Below, one piece after another: positions 20,421-39,766 of a stretch of DNA of 64,000 nucleotides. The position numbers were made by a program, and so were the translations under genes. The DNA is from the human T2T-CHM13v2.0 reference genome, Homo sapiens, in NCBI RefSeq assembly GCF_009914755.1, contig NC_060948.1; one strand, given 5' to 3'. Numbering within the stretch: the stretch's first letter is position 1; each line of letters starts with the position of its first letter. The notes below the pieces were generated by a model that searched no databases, had not been told where the DNA came from, and worked only from the letters and a program-made list of their open reading frames with translations.

Positions 20421-22525
20421 AGATCCATATTCTTTAAATGAAAAAAAATTTCAAAGGTACTCTGCTTGGTACAATAATCAAATGTATAAACTGAGGAATA
20501 AAACATAACCATGAAACCTACTTATAACTGCATATGGAAAATACAGAGGATAATTTTTTAAATAACATATTTTGAAAGCCTTAACTAGTAATTTGAAGAG
20601 CTGGCATTTGAAAGGCCAGTATGAATATACCTTCAAAGCAGCAACACAGGTTCCCCATGAGAAAAAGCAAACACCGGGAAAGTAAAAACACAAAGGTTCA
20701 ATCTCTTCTGACCTTTGAAAGACACAGCACAGACAGTGGTCCTTAGGACGAAGAGCAGGAGACCCCTAATTCCGTCACCATGGCGATAGGGCATAAACAT
20801 TGCTGGGTGAGGGCACAATCCACATTGTGAGGTCCAACTGCTGCCAGGAAGACAGGAGTGCTTTTACATAGACCGAAAGGTCATTGAAGGCTCAGAGTTT
20901 TGTTTCAAGAACTGAATCCCAAGCCCACACGTTATTAGGCTGCGCTTCTTAAAACAAGTTATGAGATGGGAAAAAGGGCACCCACAAACATACGTATACA
21001 TTATGTATATAATAATATACAGTATCATATATATAATATATATAACCTATGTATAATATTGTTTTACATCCTGCATCTTATGTTATATATATTGTATAAA
21101 ATATAATAATTGATAATATATAAGTTTTATAATTATACAATAAGACATATAGTATATATTATAATTTATGACATATGTATTATATGTTATATCTCATATA
21201 TAGATTATATTATACGGTTAACATACGTATTAAAAATAAATTATACATTATATATATTATATATAATATATCTGTTATTTATAATACCCATTATGCATAA
21301 TATATATATTATGTCTATGTTATATATAGTATAAAACAACATATAATAATATATAATTGTATATATAAAATGCGACATATAATATATATTATATTTTATA
21401 ACATATGTAATATATATTATATATTATATATAATATGTTGTATGTATAATACCTATATTAAATATATATTATATGACTATGTTATTAATTACATGTCACA
21501 TGTGTTATATATTATATATTTTACATAGAATATACCGGTTACATACAACATATACTATGTTACCTATAATGTATAATTTATTACATGTAAAATAAAGAAT
21601 GCAATATATTATGTATAATTTATAATATACCATATGTGGAATGTGATATATATAACATATAATATATGATATATGATATACAGTATATGATATATAACAT
21701 ACAATATATGATTCCTAATATATATGGTATACAATATATATTTTATGATATGTATTCTATATGTTTTATATTGTGTTATATATAACTATTTGAAATTATA
21801 TATAACTGTATAATATTTTATGTAAATATGTAATATAATATATATAACTATATAATATATTATATATAACTATATATTATATTATATATACTTTTATAAC
21901 ATAATTTACATAAAATATCATAATATAATATATATTATATTATTTCATATTATATAATACATATTACATATCACCCAATATAACTAACATACATAATATT
22001 ATAATATAGATTATATTATGTTATATTAAATATCATATATATCATGTATCATATATTCTATAATATATATTACACATTATATAATATGTATGTTGTCTAT
22101 TATGTGATATATATAACTATATATATAATTATATTTTTATACATATAACTAGATAAACCTGTAATTCTACATATTTTCACTTATAATATGTAGAATTATA
22201 TAATCATATATAATTATTTATATTCTATAAAAAATTTTACCATTATATAAATTATAATATATAAAAATTATAATATGTACTACACATATATATATTATAT
22301 ATCATATATGCTATAGTACCTTTGTTATATATCATAATACATATAAATGTGTATTATGTTATCTATAATTATATAATTTCATATATAAGTTGTATAATAT
22401 GTATCATATATTATATATGTTATGTAATATATATAGTATATATAAGATGACACAGGATAAATATTATATACTATGACATATAAAATATATGAGGTTATAT
22501 GTTACATATAAGGCATAGCACATAA

Positions 22526-22840
<315 letters not shown>

Positions 22841-24944
22841 AGATCCATATTTTTTAAATGAAAAGAAATTTCAAAGGTACTCTGCTTGGTACAATAATCA
22901 AATGTATAAACTGAGGAATAAAACATAACCATGAAACCTACTTATAACTGCATATGGAAAATACAGAGGATAATTTTTTAAATAACATATTTTGAAAGCC
23001 TTAACTAGTAATTTGAAGAGTTGGCATTTGAAAGGCCAGTATGAATATACCTTCAAAGCAGCAACACAGGTTCCCCATGAGAAAAAGCAAACACAGGGAA
23101 AATAAAAACACAAAGGTTCAATCTCTTCTGACCTTTGAAAGACACAGCACAGACAGTGGTCCTTAGGACGAAGAGCAGGAGACCCCTAATTCCGTCACCA
23201 TGGCGATAGGGCATAAACATTGCTGGGTGAGGGCACAATCCACATTGTGAGGTCCAACTGCTGCCAGGAAGACAGGAGTGCTTTTACATAGACCGAAAGG
23301 TCATTGAAGGCTCAGAGTTTTGTTTCAAGAACTGAATCCCAAGCCCACACGTTATTAGGCTGCGCTTCTTAAAACAAGTTATGAGATGGGAAAAAGGGCA
23401 CCCACAAACATACGTATACATTATGTATATAATAATATACAGTATCATATATATAATATATATAAGCTATGTATAATATTGTTTTACATCCTGCATCTTA
23501 TGTTATATATATTGTATAAAATATAATAATTGATAATATATAAGTTTTATAATTATACAATATGACATATAGTATATATTATAATTTATGACATATATAA
23601 TATATGTTATATGTCATATATAGAATATATTATACGGTTAAAATACGTATTAAATATAAATTATACATTATATATATTATATATAATATATCTGTTATAT
23701 ATAATACCCATTATGCTTAATATATATATTATGTCTATGTTATATATAGTATAAAACAACATATAATAATATATAATTGTATATATAAAATGCGACATAT
23801 AATATATATTATATTTTATAACATATGTAATATATATTATATATTATATATAATACGTTGTATGTATAATACCTATATTAAATATATATTATATGACTAT
23901 GTTATTAATTACATGTCACATGTGTTATATATTATATATTTTACATAGAATATACCGGTTGCATACAATATATACTATGTTACCTATAATGTATAATTTA
24001 TTACCTGTAAAATAAAGATTGCAATATATTATGTAAAATTTATAATATACCATATGTGGAATGTCATATATATAACATATAATATATGATATATGATATA
24101 CAGTATATGATATATAACATACAATATATGATTCCTAATATATATGGTATACAATATATATTTTATGATATGTATTCTATATGTTTTATATTCTGTTATA
24201 TATAACTATTTGAAATTATATATAACTGTATAATATTTTATGTAAATATGTAATATAATATATATAATATATAATATATTATATATAACTATATATTATG
24301 TTATATATACTTTTATAACATAATTTACATAAAATATCATAATATAATATATATTATATTATTTCATATTACATAATATATATTACATATCACCCAATAT
24401 AACTAACATACATAATATTATAATATAGATTATATTGTGTTATATTAAATATCATATATATCATGTATCATATATTCTATAATATATATTACACATTATA
24501 TAATATGTATGTTGTCTATTATGTGATATATATAACTATATATATAATTATATTTTTATACATATAACTGGATAAACATGTAATTCTACATATTTTCATT
24601 TATAATATGTAGAATTATATAATCATATATAATTTTTTATATTCTATAAAAAATTTTATCATTTTATAAATTATAATATATAAAAATTATAATATGTACT
24701 ACAAATATATATATTATATATCATATATGATATAGTACCTTTGTTATATATCATAATACATATAAATGTGTATTATGTTATCTATAATTATATAATTTCA
24801 TATATAAGATGTATAATATGTATCATATATTATATATGTTATGTAATATATATAGTATATATAAGATGACACAGGATAAATATTATATACTATGACATAT
24901 AAAATATATGAGGTTATATGTTACATATAAGGCATAGCACATAA

Positions 24945-25259
<315 letters not shown>

Positions 25260-27364
25260 AGATCCATATTTTTTAAATGAAAAAAAATTTCAAAGGTACT
25301 CTGCTTGGTACAATAATCAAATGTATAAACTGAGGAATAAAACATAACCATGAAACCTACTTATAACTGCATATGGAAAATACAGAGGATAATTTTTTAA
25401 ATAACATATTTTGAAAGCCTTAACTAGTAATTTGAAGAGTTGGCATTTGAAAGGCCAGTATGAATATACCTTCAAAGCAGCAACACAGGTTCCCCATGAG
25501 AAAAAGCAAACACAGGGAAAATAAAAACACAAAGGTTCAATCTCTTCTGACCTTTGAAAGACACAGCACAGACAGTGGTCCTTAGGACGAAGAGCAGGAG
25601 ACCCCTAATTCCGTCACCATGGCGATAGGGCATAAACATTGCTGGGTGAGGGCACAATCCACATTGTGAGGTCCAACTGCTGCCAGGAAGACAGGAGTGC
25701 TTTTACATAGACCGAAAGGTCATTGAAGGCTCAGAGTTTTGTTTCAAGAACTGAATCCCAAGCCCACACGTTATTAGGCTGCGCTTCTTAAAACAAGTTA
25801 TGAGATGGGAAAAAGGGCACCCACAAACATACGTATACATTATGTATATAATAATATACAGTGTCATATATATAATATATATAACCTATGTATAATATTG
25901 TTTTACATCCTGCATCTTATGTTATATATATTGTATAAAATATAATAATTGATAATATATAAGTTTTATAATTATACAATAAGACATATAGTATATATTA
26001 TAATTTATGACATATGTAATATATGTTATATCTCATATATAGATTATATTATACGGTTAACATACGTATTAAAAATAAATTATACATTATATATATTATA
26101 TATAATATATCTGTTATATATAATACCCATTATGCATAATATATATATTATGTCTATGTTATATATAGTATAAAACAACATATAATAATATATAATTGTA
26201 TATATAAAATGCGACATATAATATATATTATATTTTATAACATATGTAATATATATTATATATTATATATAATATGTTGTATGTATAATACCTATATTAA
26301 ATATATATTATATGACTATGTTATTAATTACATGTCACATGTGTTATATATTATATATTTTACATAGAATATACCGGTTACATACAACATATACTATGTT
26401 ACCTATAATGTATAATTTATTACATGTAAAATAAAGAATGCAATATATTATGTATAATTTATAATATACCATATGTGGAATGTGATATATATAACATATA
26501 ATATATGATATATGATATACAGTATATGATATATAACATACAATATATGATTCCTAATATATATGGTATACAATATATATTTTATGATATGTATTCTATA
26601 TGTTTTATATTCTGTTATATATAACTATTTGAAATTATATATAACTGTATAATATTTTATGTAAATATGTAATATAATATATATAACTATATAATATATT
26701 ATATATAACTATATATTATATTATATATACTTTTATAACATAATTTACATAAAATATCATAATATAATATATATTATATTATTTCATATTATATAATACA
26801 TATTACATATCACCCAATATAACTAACATACATAATATTATAATATAGATTATATTATGTTATATTAAATATCATATATATCATGTATCATATATTCTAT
26901 AATATATATTACACATTATATAATATGTATGTTGTCTATTATGTGATATATATAACTATATATATAATTATATTTTTATACATATAACTAGATAAACCTG
27001 TAATTCTACATATTTTCACTTATAATATGTAGAATTATATAATCATATATAATTATTTATATTCTATAAAAAATTTTACCATTATATAAATTATAATATA
27101 TAAAAATTATAATATGTACTACACATATATATATTATATATCATATATGCTATAGTACCTTTGTTATATATCATAATACATATAAATGTGTATTATGTTA
27201 TCTATAATTATATAATTTCATATATAAGTTGTATAATATGTATCATATATTATATATGTTATGTAATATATATAGTATATATAAGATGACACAGGATAAA
27301 TATTATATACTATGACATATAAAATATATGAGGTTATATGTTACATATAAGGCATAGCACATAA

Positions 27365-27679
<315 letters not shown>

Positions 27680-29783
27680 AGATCCATATTTTTTAAATGA
27701 AAAGAAATTTCAAAGGTACTCTGCTTGGTACAATAATCAAATGTATAAACTGAGGAATAAAACATAACCATGAAACCTACTTATAACTGCATATGGAAAA
27801 TACAGAGGATAATTTTTTAAATAACATATTTTGAAAGCCTTAACTAGTAATTTGAAGAGTTGGCATTTGAAAGGCCAGTATGAATATACCTTCAAAGCAG
27901 CAACACAGGTTCCCCATGAGAAAAAGCAAACACAGGGAAAATAAAAACACAAAGGTTCAATCTCTTCTGACCTTTGAAAGACACAGCACAGACAGTGGTC
28001 CTTAGGACGAAGAGCAGGAGACCCCTAATTCCGTCACCATGGCGATAGGGCATAAACATTGCTGGGTGAGGGCACAATCCACATTGTGAGGTCCAACTGC
28101 TGCCAGGAAGACAGGAGTGCTTTTACATAGACCGAAAGGTCATTGAAGGCTCAGAGTTTTGTTTCAAGAACTGAATCCCAAGCCCACACGTTATTAGGCT
28201 GCGCTTCTTAAAACAAGTTATGAGATGGGAAAAAGGGCACCCACAAACATACGTATACATTATGTATATAATAATATACAGTATCATATATATAATATAT
28301 ATAACCTATGTATAATATTGTTTTACATCCTGCATCTTATGTTATATATATTGTATAAAATATAATAATTGATAATATATAAGTTTTATAATTATACAAT
28401 ATGACATATAGTATATATTATAATTTATGACATATATAATATATGTTATATGTCATATATAGAATATATTATACGGTTAAAATACGTATTAAATATAAAT
28501 TATACATTATATATATTATATATAATATATCTGTTATATATAATACCCATTATGCTTAATATATATATTATGTCTATGTTATATATAGTATAAAACAACA
28601 TATAATAATATATAATTGTATATATAAAATGCGACATATAATATATATTATATTTTATAACATATGTAATATATATTATATATTATATATAATACGTTGT
28701 ATGTATAATACCTATATTAAATATATATTATATGACTATGTTATTAATTACATGTCACATGTGTTATATATTATATATTTTACATAGAATATACCGGTTG
28801 CATACAATATATACTATGTTACCTATAATGTATAATTTATTACCTGTAAAATAAAGATTGCAATATATTATGTAAAATTTATAATATACCATATGTGGAA
28901 TGTCATATATATAACATATAATATATGATATATGATATACAGTATGTGATATATAACATACAATATATGATTCCTAATATATATGGTATACAATATATAT
29001 TTTATGATATGTATTCTATATGTTTTATATTCTGTTATATATAACTATTTGAAATTATATATAACTGTATAATATTTTATGTAAATATGTAATATAATAT
29101 ATATAATATATAATATATTATATATAACTATATATTATGCTATATATACTTTTATAACATAATTTACATAAAATATCATAATATAATATATATTATATTA
29201 TTTCATATTACATAATATATATTACATATCACCCAATATAACTAACATACATAATATTATAATATAGATTATATTGTGTTATATTAAATATCATATATAT
29301 CATGTATCATATATTCTATAATATATATTACACATTATATAATATGTATGTTGTCTATTATGTGATATATATAACTATATATATAATTATATTTTTATAC
29401 ATATAACTAGATAAACATGTAATTCTACATATTTTCATTTATAATATGTAGAAGTATATAATCATATATAATTATTTATATTCTATAAAAAATTTTATCA
29501 TTATACAAATTATAATATATAAAAATTATAATATGTACTACAAATATATATATTATATATCATATATGATATAGTACCTTTGTTATATATCATAATACAT
29601 ATAAATGTGTATTATGTTATCTATAATTATATAATTTCATATATAAGATGTATAATATGTATCATATATTATATATGTTATGTAATATATATAGTATATA
29701 TAAGATGACACAGGATAAATATTATATACTATGACATATAAAATATATGAGGTTATATGTTACATATAAGGCATAGCACATAA

Positions 29784-30098
<315 letters not shown>

Positions 30099-32203
30099 AG
30101 ATCCATATTTTTTAAATGAAAAAAAATTTCAAAGGTACTCTGCTTGGTACAATAATCAAATGTATAAACTGAGGAATAAAACATAACCATGAAACCTACT
30201 TATAACTGCATATGGAAAATACAGAGGATAATTTTTTAAATAACATATTTTGAAAGCCTTAACTAGTAATTTGAAGAGTTGGCATTTGAAAGGCCAGTAT
30301 GAATATACCTTCAAAGCAGCAACACAGGTTCCCCATGAGAAAAAGCAAACACAGGGAAAATAAAAACACAAAGGTTCAATCTCTTCTGACCTTTGAAAGA
30401 CACAGCACAGACAGTGGTCCTTAGGACGAAGAGCAGGAGACCCCTAATTCCGTCACCATGGCGATAGGGCATAAACATTGCTGGGTGAGGGCACAATCCA
30501 CATTGTGAGGTCCAACTGCTGCCAGGAAGACAGGAGTGCTTTTACATAGACCGAAAGGTCATTGAAGGCTCAGAGTTTTGTTTCAAGAACTGAATCCCAA
30601 GCCCACACGTTATTAGGCTGCGCTTCTTAAAACAAGTTATGAGATGGGAAAAAGGGCACCCACAAACATACGTATACATTATGTATATAATAATATACAG
30701 TGTCATATATATAATATATATAACCTATGTATAATATTGTTTTACATCCTGCATCTTATGTTATATATATTGTATAAAATATAATAATTGATAATATATA
30801 AGTTTTATAATTATACAATAAGACATATAGTATATATTATAATTTATGACATATGTAATATATGTTATATCTCATATATAGATTATATTATACGGTTAAC
30901 ATACGTATTAAAAATAAATTATACATTATATATATTATATATAATATATCTGTTATATATAATACCCATTATGCATAATATATATATTATGTCTATGTTA
31001 TATATAGTATAAAACAACATATAATAATATATAATTGTATATATAAAATGCGACATATAATATATATTATATTTTATAACATATGTAATATATATTATAT
31101 ATTATATATAATATGTTGTATGTATAATACCTATATTAAATATATATTATATGACTATGTTATTAATTACATGTCACATGTGTTATATATTATATATTTT
31201 ACATAGAATATACCGGTTACATACAACATATACTATGTTACCTATAATGTATAATTTATTACATGTAAAATAAAGAATGCAATATATTATGTATAATTTA
31301 TAATATACCATATGTGGAATGTGATATATATAACATATAATATATGATATATGATATACAGTATATGATATATAACATACAATATATGATTCCTAATATA
31401 TATGGTATACAATATATATTTTATGATATGTATTCTATATGTTTTATATTCTGTTATATATAACTATTTGAAATTATATATAACTGTATAATATTTTATG
31501 TAAATATGTAATATAATATATATAACTATATAATATATTATATATAACTATATATTATATTATATATACTTTTATAACATAATTTACATAAAATATCATA
31601 ATATAATATATATTATATTATTTCATATTATATAATACATATTACATATCACCGAATATAACTAACATACATAATATTATAATATAGATTATATTATGTT
31701 ATATTAAATATCATATATATCATGTATCATATATTCTATAATATATATTACACATTATATAATATGTATGTTGTCTATTATGTGATATATATAACTATAT
31801 ATATAATTATATTTTTATACATATAACTAGATAAACCTGTAATTCTACATATTTTCACTTATAATATGTAGAATTATATAATCATATATAATTATTTATA
31901 TTCTATAAAAAATTTTACCATTATATAAATTATAATATATAAAAATTATAATATGTACTACACATATATATATTATATATCATATATGCTATAGTACCTT
32001 TGTTATATATCATAATACATATAAATGTGTATTATGTTATCTATAATTATATAATTTCATATATAAGTTGTATAATATGTATCATATATTATATATGTTA
32101 TGTAATATATATAGTATATATAAGATGACACAGGATAAATATTATATACTATGACATATAAAATATATGAGGTTATATGTTACATATAAGGCATAGCACA
32201 TAA

Positions 32204-32518
<315 letters not shown>

Positions 32519-34646
32519 AGATCCATATTTTTTAAATGAAAAGAAATTTCAAAGGTACTCTGCTTGGTACAATAATCAAATGTATAAACTGAGGAATAAA
32601 ACATAACCATGAAACCTACTTATAACTGCATATGGAAAATACAGAGGATAATTTTTTAAATAACATATTTTGAAAGCCTTAACTAGTAATTTGAAGAGTT
32701 GGCATTTGAAAGGCCAGTATGAATATACCTTCAAAGCAGCAACACAGGTTCCCCATGAGAAAAAGCAAACACAGGGAAAATAAAAACACAAAGGTTCAAT
32801 CTCTTCTGACCTTTGAAAGACACAGCACAGACAGTGGTCCTTAGGACGAAGAGCAGGAGACCCCTAATTCCGTCACCATGGCGATAGGGCATAAACATTG
32901 CTGGGTGAGGGCACAATCCACATTGTGAGGTCCAACTGCTGCCAGGAAGACAGGAGTGCTTTTACATAGACCGAAAGGTCATTGAAGGCTCAGAGTTTTG
33001 TTTCAAGAACTGAATCCCAAGCCCACACGTTATTAGGCTGCGCTTCTTAAAACAAGTTATGAGATGGGAAAAAGGGCACCCACAAACATACGTATACATT
33101 ATGTATATAATAATATACAGTATCATATATATAATATATATAACCTATGTATAATATTGTTTTACATCCTGCATCTTATGTTATATATATTGTATAAAAT
33201 ATAATAATTGATAATATATAAGTTTTATAATTATACAATATGACATATAGTATATATTATAATTTATGACATATATAATATATGTTATATGTCATATATA
33301 GAATATATTATACGGTTAACATACGTATTAAATATAAATTATACATTATATGTATTATATATAATATATCTGTTATATATAATACCCATTATGCATAATA
33401 TATATATTATGTCTATGTTATATATAGTATAAAACAACATATAATAATATATAATTGTATATATAAAATGCGACATATAATATATATTATATTTTATAAC
33501 ATATGTAATATATATTATATATTATATATAATACGTTGTATGTATAATACCTATATTAAATATATATTATATGACTATGTTATTAATTACATGTCACATG
33601 TGTTATATATTATATATTTTACATAGAATATACCGGTTACATACAATATATACTATGTTACCTATAATGTATAATTTATTACCTGTAAAATAAAGAATGC
33701 AATATATTATGTATAATTTATAATATACAATATGTGGAATGTGATATATGTAACATATAATATATGATATATGATATACAGTATATGATATATAACATAC
33801 AATATATGATTCCTAATATATATGGTATACAATATATATTTTATGATATGTATTCTATATGTTTTATATTCTGTTATATATAACTATTTGAAATTATATA
33901 TAACTGTATAATATTTTATGTAAATATGTAATATAATATATATAACTATATAATATATTATATATAACTATATATTATGTTATATATACTTTTATAACAT
34001 AATTTACATAAAATATCATAATATAATATATATTATATTATTTCATGTTACATAATATATATTACATATCACCCAATATAACTAACATACATAATATTAT
34101 AATATAGATTATATTGTGTTATATTAAATATCATATATATCATGTATCATATATTCTATAATATATATTACACATTATATAATATGTATGTTGTCTATTA
34201 TGTGATATATATAACTATATATATAATTATATTTTTATACATATAACTGGATAAACATGTAATTCTACATATTTTCATTTATAATATGTAGAATTATATA
34301 ATCATATATAATTTTTTATATTCTATAAAAAATTTTATCATTTTATAAATTATAATATATAAAAATTATAATATGTACTACAAATATATATATTATATAT
34401 CATATATGATATAGTACCTTTGTTATATATCATAATACATATAAATGTGTATTATGTTATCTATAATTATATAATTTCATATATAAGATGTATAATATGT
34501 ATCATATATTATATATGTTATGTAATATATATAGTATATATAAGATGACACAGGATAAATATTATATACTATGACATATAAAATATATGAGGTTATATGT
34601 TACATATAAGGCATAGCACATAACATGTAATATATATCATATATAA

Positions 34647-34938
34647 TTTTTTTTTAGACAGAATCTTGTCCTGTTGCACAGCGTGGGGTACAATGGCGCC
34701 ATCTTTGCTCACTGCAACTTCTGCCTCACGGGTCCAAGCGATTGTCCTCCCTCAGCCTCCCAGGTAGCTGGGACTACACCACACTGGGACTACACCAGCT
34801 GCCACCATGCCTAGCTAATTTTTTGGATTTTTAGTAGTGACAGCGTTTCACTGTATTGGCCAGGATGGTCTTGATCTCTTCACCTTGTGATCCCCTTGCC
34901 TTGGCCTCCAAATTTGCTGGGATTACAGGCCTGAGCCA
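34647..34938 (-). mobile_element. Diverged Alu, copy 15
   Basis: Same Alu landmarks as copy 1. Confidence 0.93.
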
Positions 34939-37059
34939 AGATCCATATTTTTTAAATGAAAAAAAATTTCAAAGGTACTCTGCTTGGTACAATAATCAAA
35001 TGTATAAACTGAGGAATAAAACATAACCATGAAACCTACTTATAACTGCATATGGAAAATACAGAGGATAATTTTTTAAATAACATATTTTGAAAGCCTT
35101 AACTAGTAATTTGAAGAGTTGGCATTTGAAAGGCCAGTATGAATATACCTTCAAAGCAGCAACACAGGTTCCCCATGAGAAAAAGCAAACACAGGGAAAA
35201 TAAAAACACAAAGGTTCAATCTCTTCTGACCTTTGAAAGACACAGCACAGACAGTGGTCCTTAGGACGAAGAGCAGGAGACCCCTAATTCCGTCACCATG
35301 GCGATAGGGCATAAACATTGCTGGGTGAGGGCACAATCCACATTGTGAGGTCCAACTGCTGCCAGGAAGACAGGAGTGCTTTTACATAGACCGAAAGGTC
35401 ATTGAAGGCTCAGAGTTTTGTTTCAAGAACTGAATCCCAAGCCCACACGTTATTAGGCTGCGCTTCTTAAAACAAGTTATGAGATGGGAAAAAGGGCACC
35501 CACAAACATACGTATACATTATGTATATAATAATATACAGTATCATATATATAATATATATAACCTATGTATAATATTGTTTTACATCCTGCATCTTATG
35601 TTATATATATTGTATAAAATATAATAATTGATAATATATAAGTTTTATAATTATACAATATGACATAGAGTATATATTATAATTTATGACATATATAATA
35701 TATGTTATATATCATATATAGAATATATTATACGGTTAATATACGTATTAAATATAAATTATACATTATATATATTATATATAATATATCTGTTATATAT
35801 AATACCCATTATGCATAATATATATATTATGTCTATGTTATATATAGTATAAAACAACATATATTAATATATAATTGTATATATAAAATGCGACATATAA
35901 TATATATTATATTTTATAACATATGTAATATATATTATATATAATACGTTGTATGTATAATACCTATATTAAATATATATTATATGACTATGTTATTAAT
36001 TACATGTCACATGTGTTATATATTATATATTTTACATAGAATATACCGGTTACATACAATATATACTATGTTACCTATAATGTATAATTTATTACATGTA
36101 AAATAAAGAATGCAATATATTATGTATAATTTATAATATACAATATGTGGAATGTGATATATGTAACATATAATATATGATATATGATATACAGTATATG
36201 ATATATAACATACAATATATGATTCCTAATATATATGGTATACAATATATATTTTATGATATGTATTCTATATGTTTTATACTCTGTTATATATAACTAT
36301 TTGAAATTATATATAACTGTATAATATTTTATGTAAATATGTAATATAATATATATAACTATATAATATATTATATATAACTATATATTATGTTATATAT
36401 ACTTTTATAACATAATTTACATAAAATATCATAATATAATATATATTATATTATTTCATATTACATAATATATATTACATATCACCCAATATAACTAACA
36501 TACATAATATTATAATATAGATTATATTATGTTATATTAAATATCATATATATCATGTATCATATATTCTATAATATATATTACACATTATATAATATGT
36601 ATGTTGTCTATTATGTGATATATATAACTATATATATAATTATATTTTTATACATATAACTAGATAAACATGTAATTTTACATATTTTCATTTATAATAT
36701 GTAGAATTATATAATCATATATAATTATTTATATTCTATAAAAAATTTTATCATTATATAAATTATAATATATAAAAATTATAATATGTACTACAAATAT
36801 ATATATTATATATCATATATGATATAGTACCTTTGTTATATATCATAATACATATAAATGTGTATTATGTTATCTATAATTATATAATTTCATATATAGG
36901 ATGTATAATATGTATCATATATTACATATGTTATGTAATATATATAGTATATATAAGATGACACAGGATAAATATTATATACTATGACATATAAAATATA
37001 TGAGGTTATATGTTACATATAAGGCATAGCACATAACATGTAATATATATCATGTATAA

Positions 37060-37351
37060 TTTTTTTTTAGACAGAATCTTGTCCTGTTGCACAAGGTGGG
37101 GTACAATGGCGCCATCTTTGCTCACTGCAACTTCTGCCTCACGGGTCCAAGCGATTGTCCTCCCTCAGCCTCCCAGGTAGCTGGGACTACACCACACTGG
37201 GACTACACCAGCTGCCACCATGCCTAGCTAATTTTTTGGATTTTTAGTAGTGACAGCGTTTCACTGTATTGGCCAGGATGGTCTTGATCTCTTCACCTTG
37301 TGATCCCCTTGCCTTGGCCTCCAAATTTGCTGGGATTACAGGCCTGAGCCA
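37060..37351 (-). mobile_element. Diverged Alu, copy 16
   Basis: Same Alu landmarks as copy 1. Confidence 0.93.
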
Positions 37352-39451
37352 AGATCCATATTTTTTAAATGAAAAAAAATTTCAAAGGTACTCTGCTTGG
37401 TACAATAATCAAATGTATAAACTGAGGAATAAAACATAACCATGAAACCTACTTATAACTGCATATGGAAAATACAGAGGATAATTTTTTAAATAACATA
37501 TTTTGAAAGCCTTAACTAGTAATTTGAAGAGTTGGCATTTGAAAGGCCAGTATGAATATACCTTCAAAGCAGCAACACAGGTTCCCCATGAGAAAAAGCA
37601 AACACAGGGAAAATAAAAACACAAAGGTTCAATCTCTTCTGACCTTTGAAAGACACAGCACAGACAGTGGTCCTTAGGACGAAGAGCAGGAGACCCCTAA
37701 TTCCGTCACCATGGCGATAGGGCATAAACATTGCTGGGTGAGGGCACAATCCACATTGTGAGGTCCAACTGCTGCCAGGAAGACAGGAGTGCTTTTACAT
37801 AGACCGAAAGGTCATTGAAGGCTCAGAGTTTTGTTTCAAGAACTGAATCCCAAGCCCACACGTTATTAGGCTGCGCTTCTTAAAACAAGTTATGAGATGG
37901 GAAAAAGGGCACCCACAAACATACGTATACATTATGTATATAATAATATACAGTATCATATATATAATATATATAACCTATGTATAATATTGTTTTACAT
38001 CCTGCATCTTATGTTATATATATTGTATAAAATATAATAATTGATAATATATAAGTTTTATAATTATACAATATGACATATAGTATATATTATAATTTAT
38101 GACATATATAATATATGTTATATATCATATATAGAATATATTATACGGTTAATATACGTATTAAATATAAATTATACATTATATATATTATATATAATAT
38201 ATCTGTTATATATAATACCCATTATGCATAATACATATATTATGTCTATGTTATATATAGTATAAAACAACATATAATAATATATAATTGTATATATAAA
38301 ATGCGACATATAATATATATTATATTTTATAACATATGTAATATATATTATATATAATACGTTGTATGTATAATACCTATATTAAATATATATTATATGA
38401 CTGTGTTATTAATTCCATGTCACATGTGTTATATATTATATATTTTACATAGAATATACCGGTTACATACAATATATACTATGTTACCTATAATGTATAA
38501 TTTATTACATGTAAAATAAAGAATGCAATATATTATGTATAATTTATAATATACAATATGTGGAATGTGATATATGTAACATATAATATATGATATATGA
38601 TATACAGTATATGATATATAACATACAATATATGATTCCTAATATATATGGTATACAATATATATTTTATGATATGTATTCTATATGTTTTATATTCTGT
38701 TATGTATAACTATTTGAAATTATATATAACTGTATAATATTTTATGTAAATATGTAATATAATATATATAACTATATAATATATTATATATAACTATATA
38801 TTATGTTATATATACTTTTATAACATAATTTACATAAAATATCATAATATAATATATAGTATAATATTTCATATTACATAATATATATTACATATCACCC
38901 AATATAACTAACATACATAATATTATAATATAGATTATATTATGTTATATTAAATATCATATATATCATGTATCATATATTCTATAATATATATTACACA
39001 TTATATAATATGTATGTTGTCTATTATGTGATATATATAACTATATATATAATTATATTTTTATACATATAACTGGATAAACATGTAATTCTACATATTT
39101 TCATTTATAATATGTAGAATTATATAATCATATATAATTATTTATATTCTATAAAAAATTTTATCATTATATAAATTATAATATATAAAAATTATAATAT
39201 GTACTACAAATATATATATATTATATATCATATATGATATAGTACCTTTGTTATATGTCATAATACATATAAATGTGTATTATGTTATCTATAATTATAT
39301 AATTTCATATATAAGATGTATAATATGTATCATATATTATATATGTTATGTAATATATATAGTATATATAAGATGACACAGGATAAATATTATATACTAT
39401 GACATATAAAATATATGAGGTTATATGTTACATATAAGGCATAGCACATAA

Positions 39452-39766
<315 letters not shown>

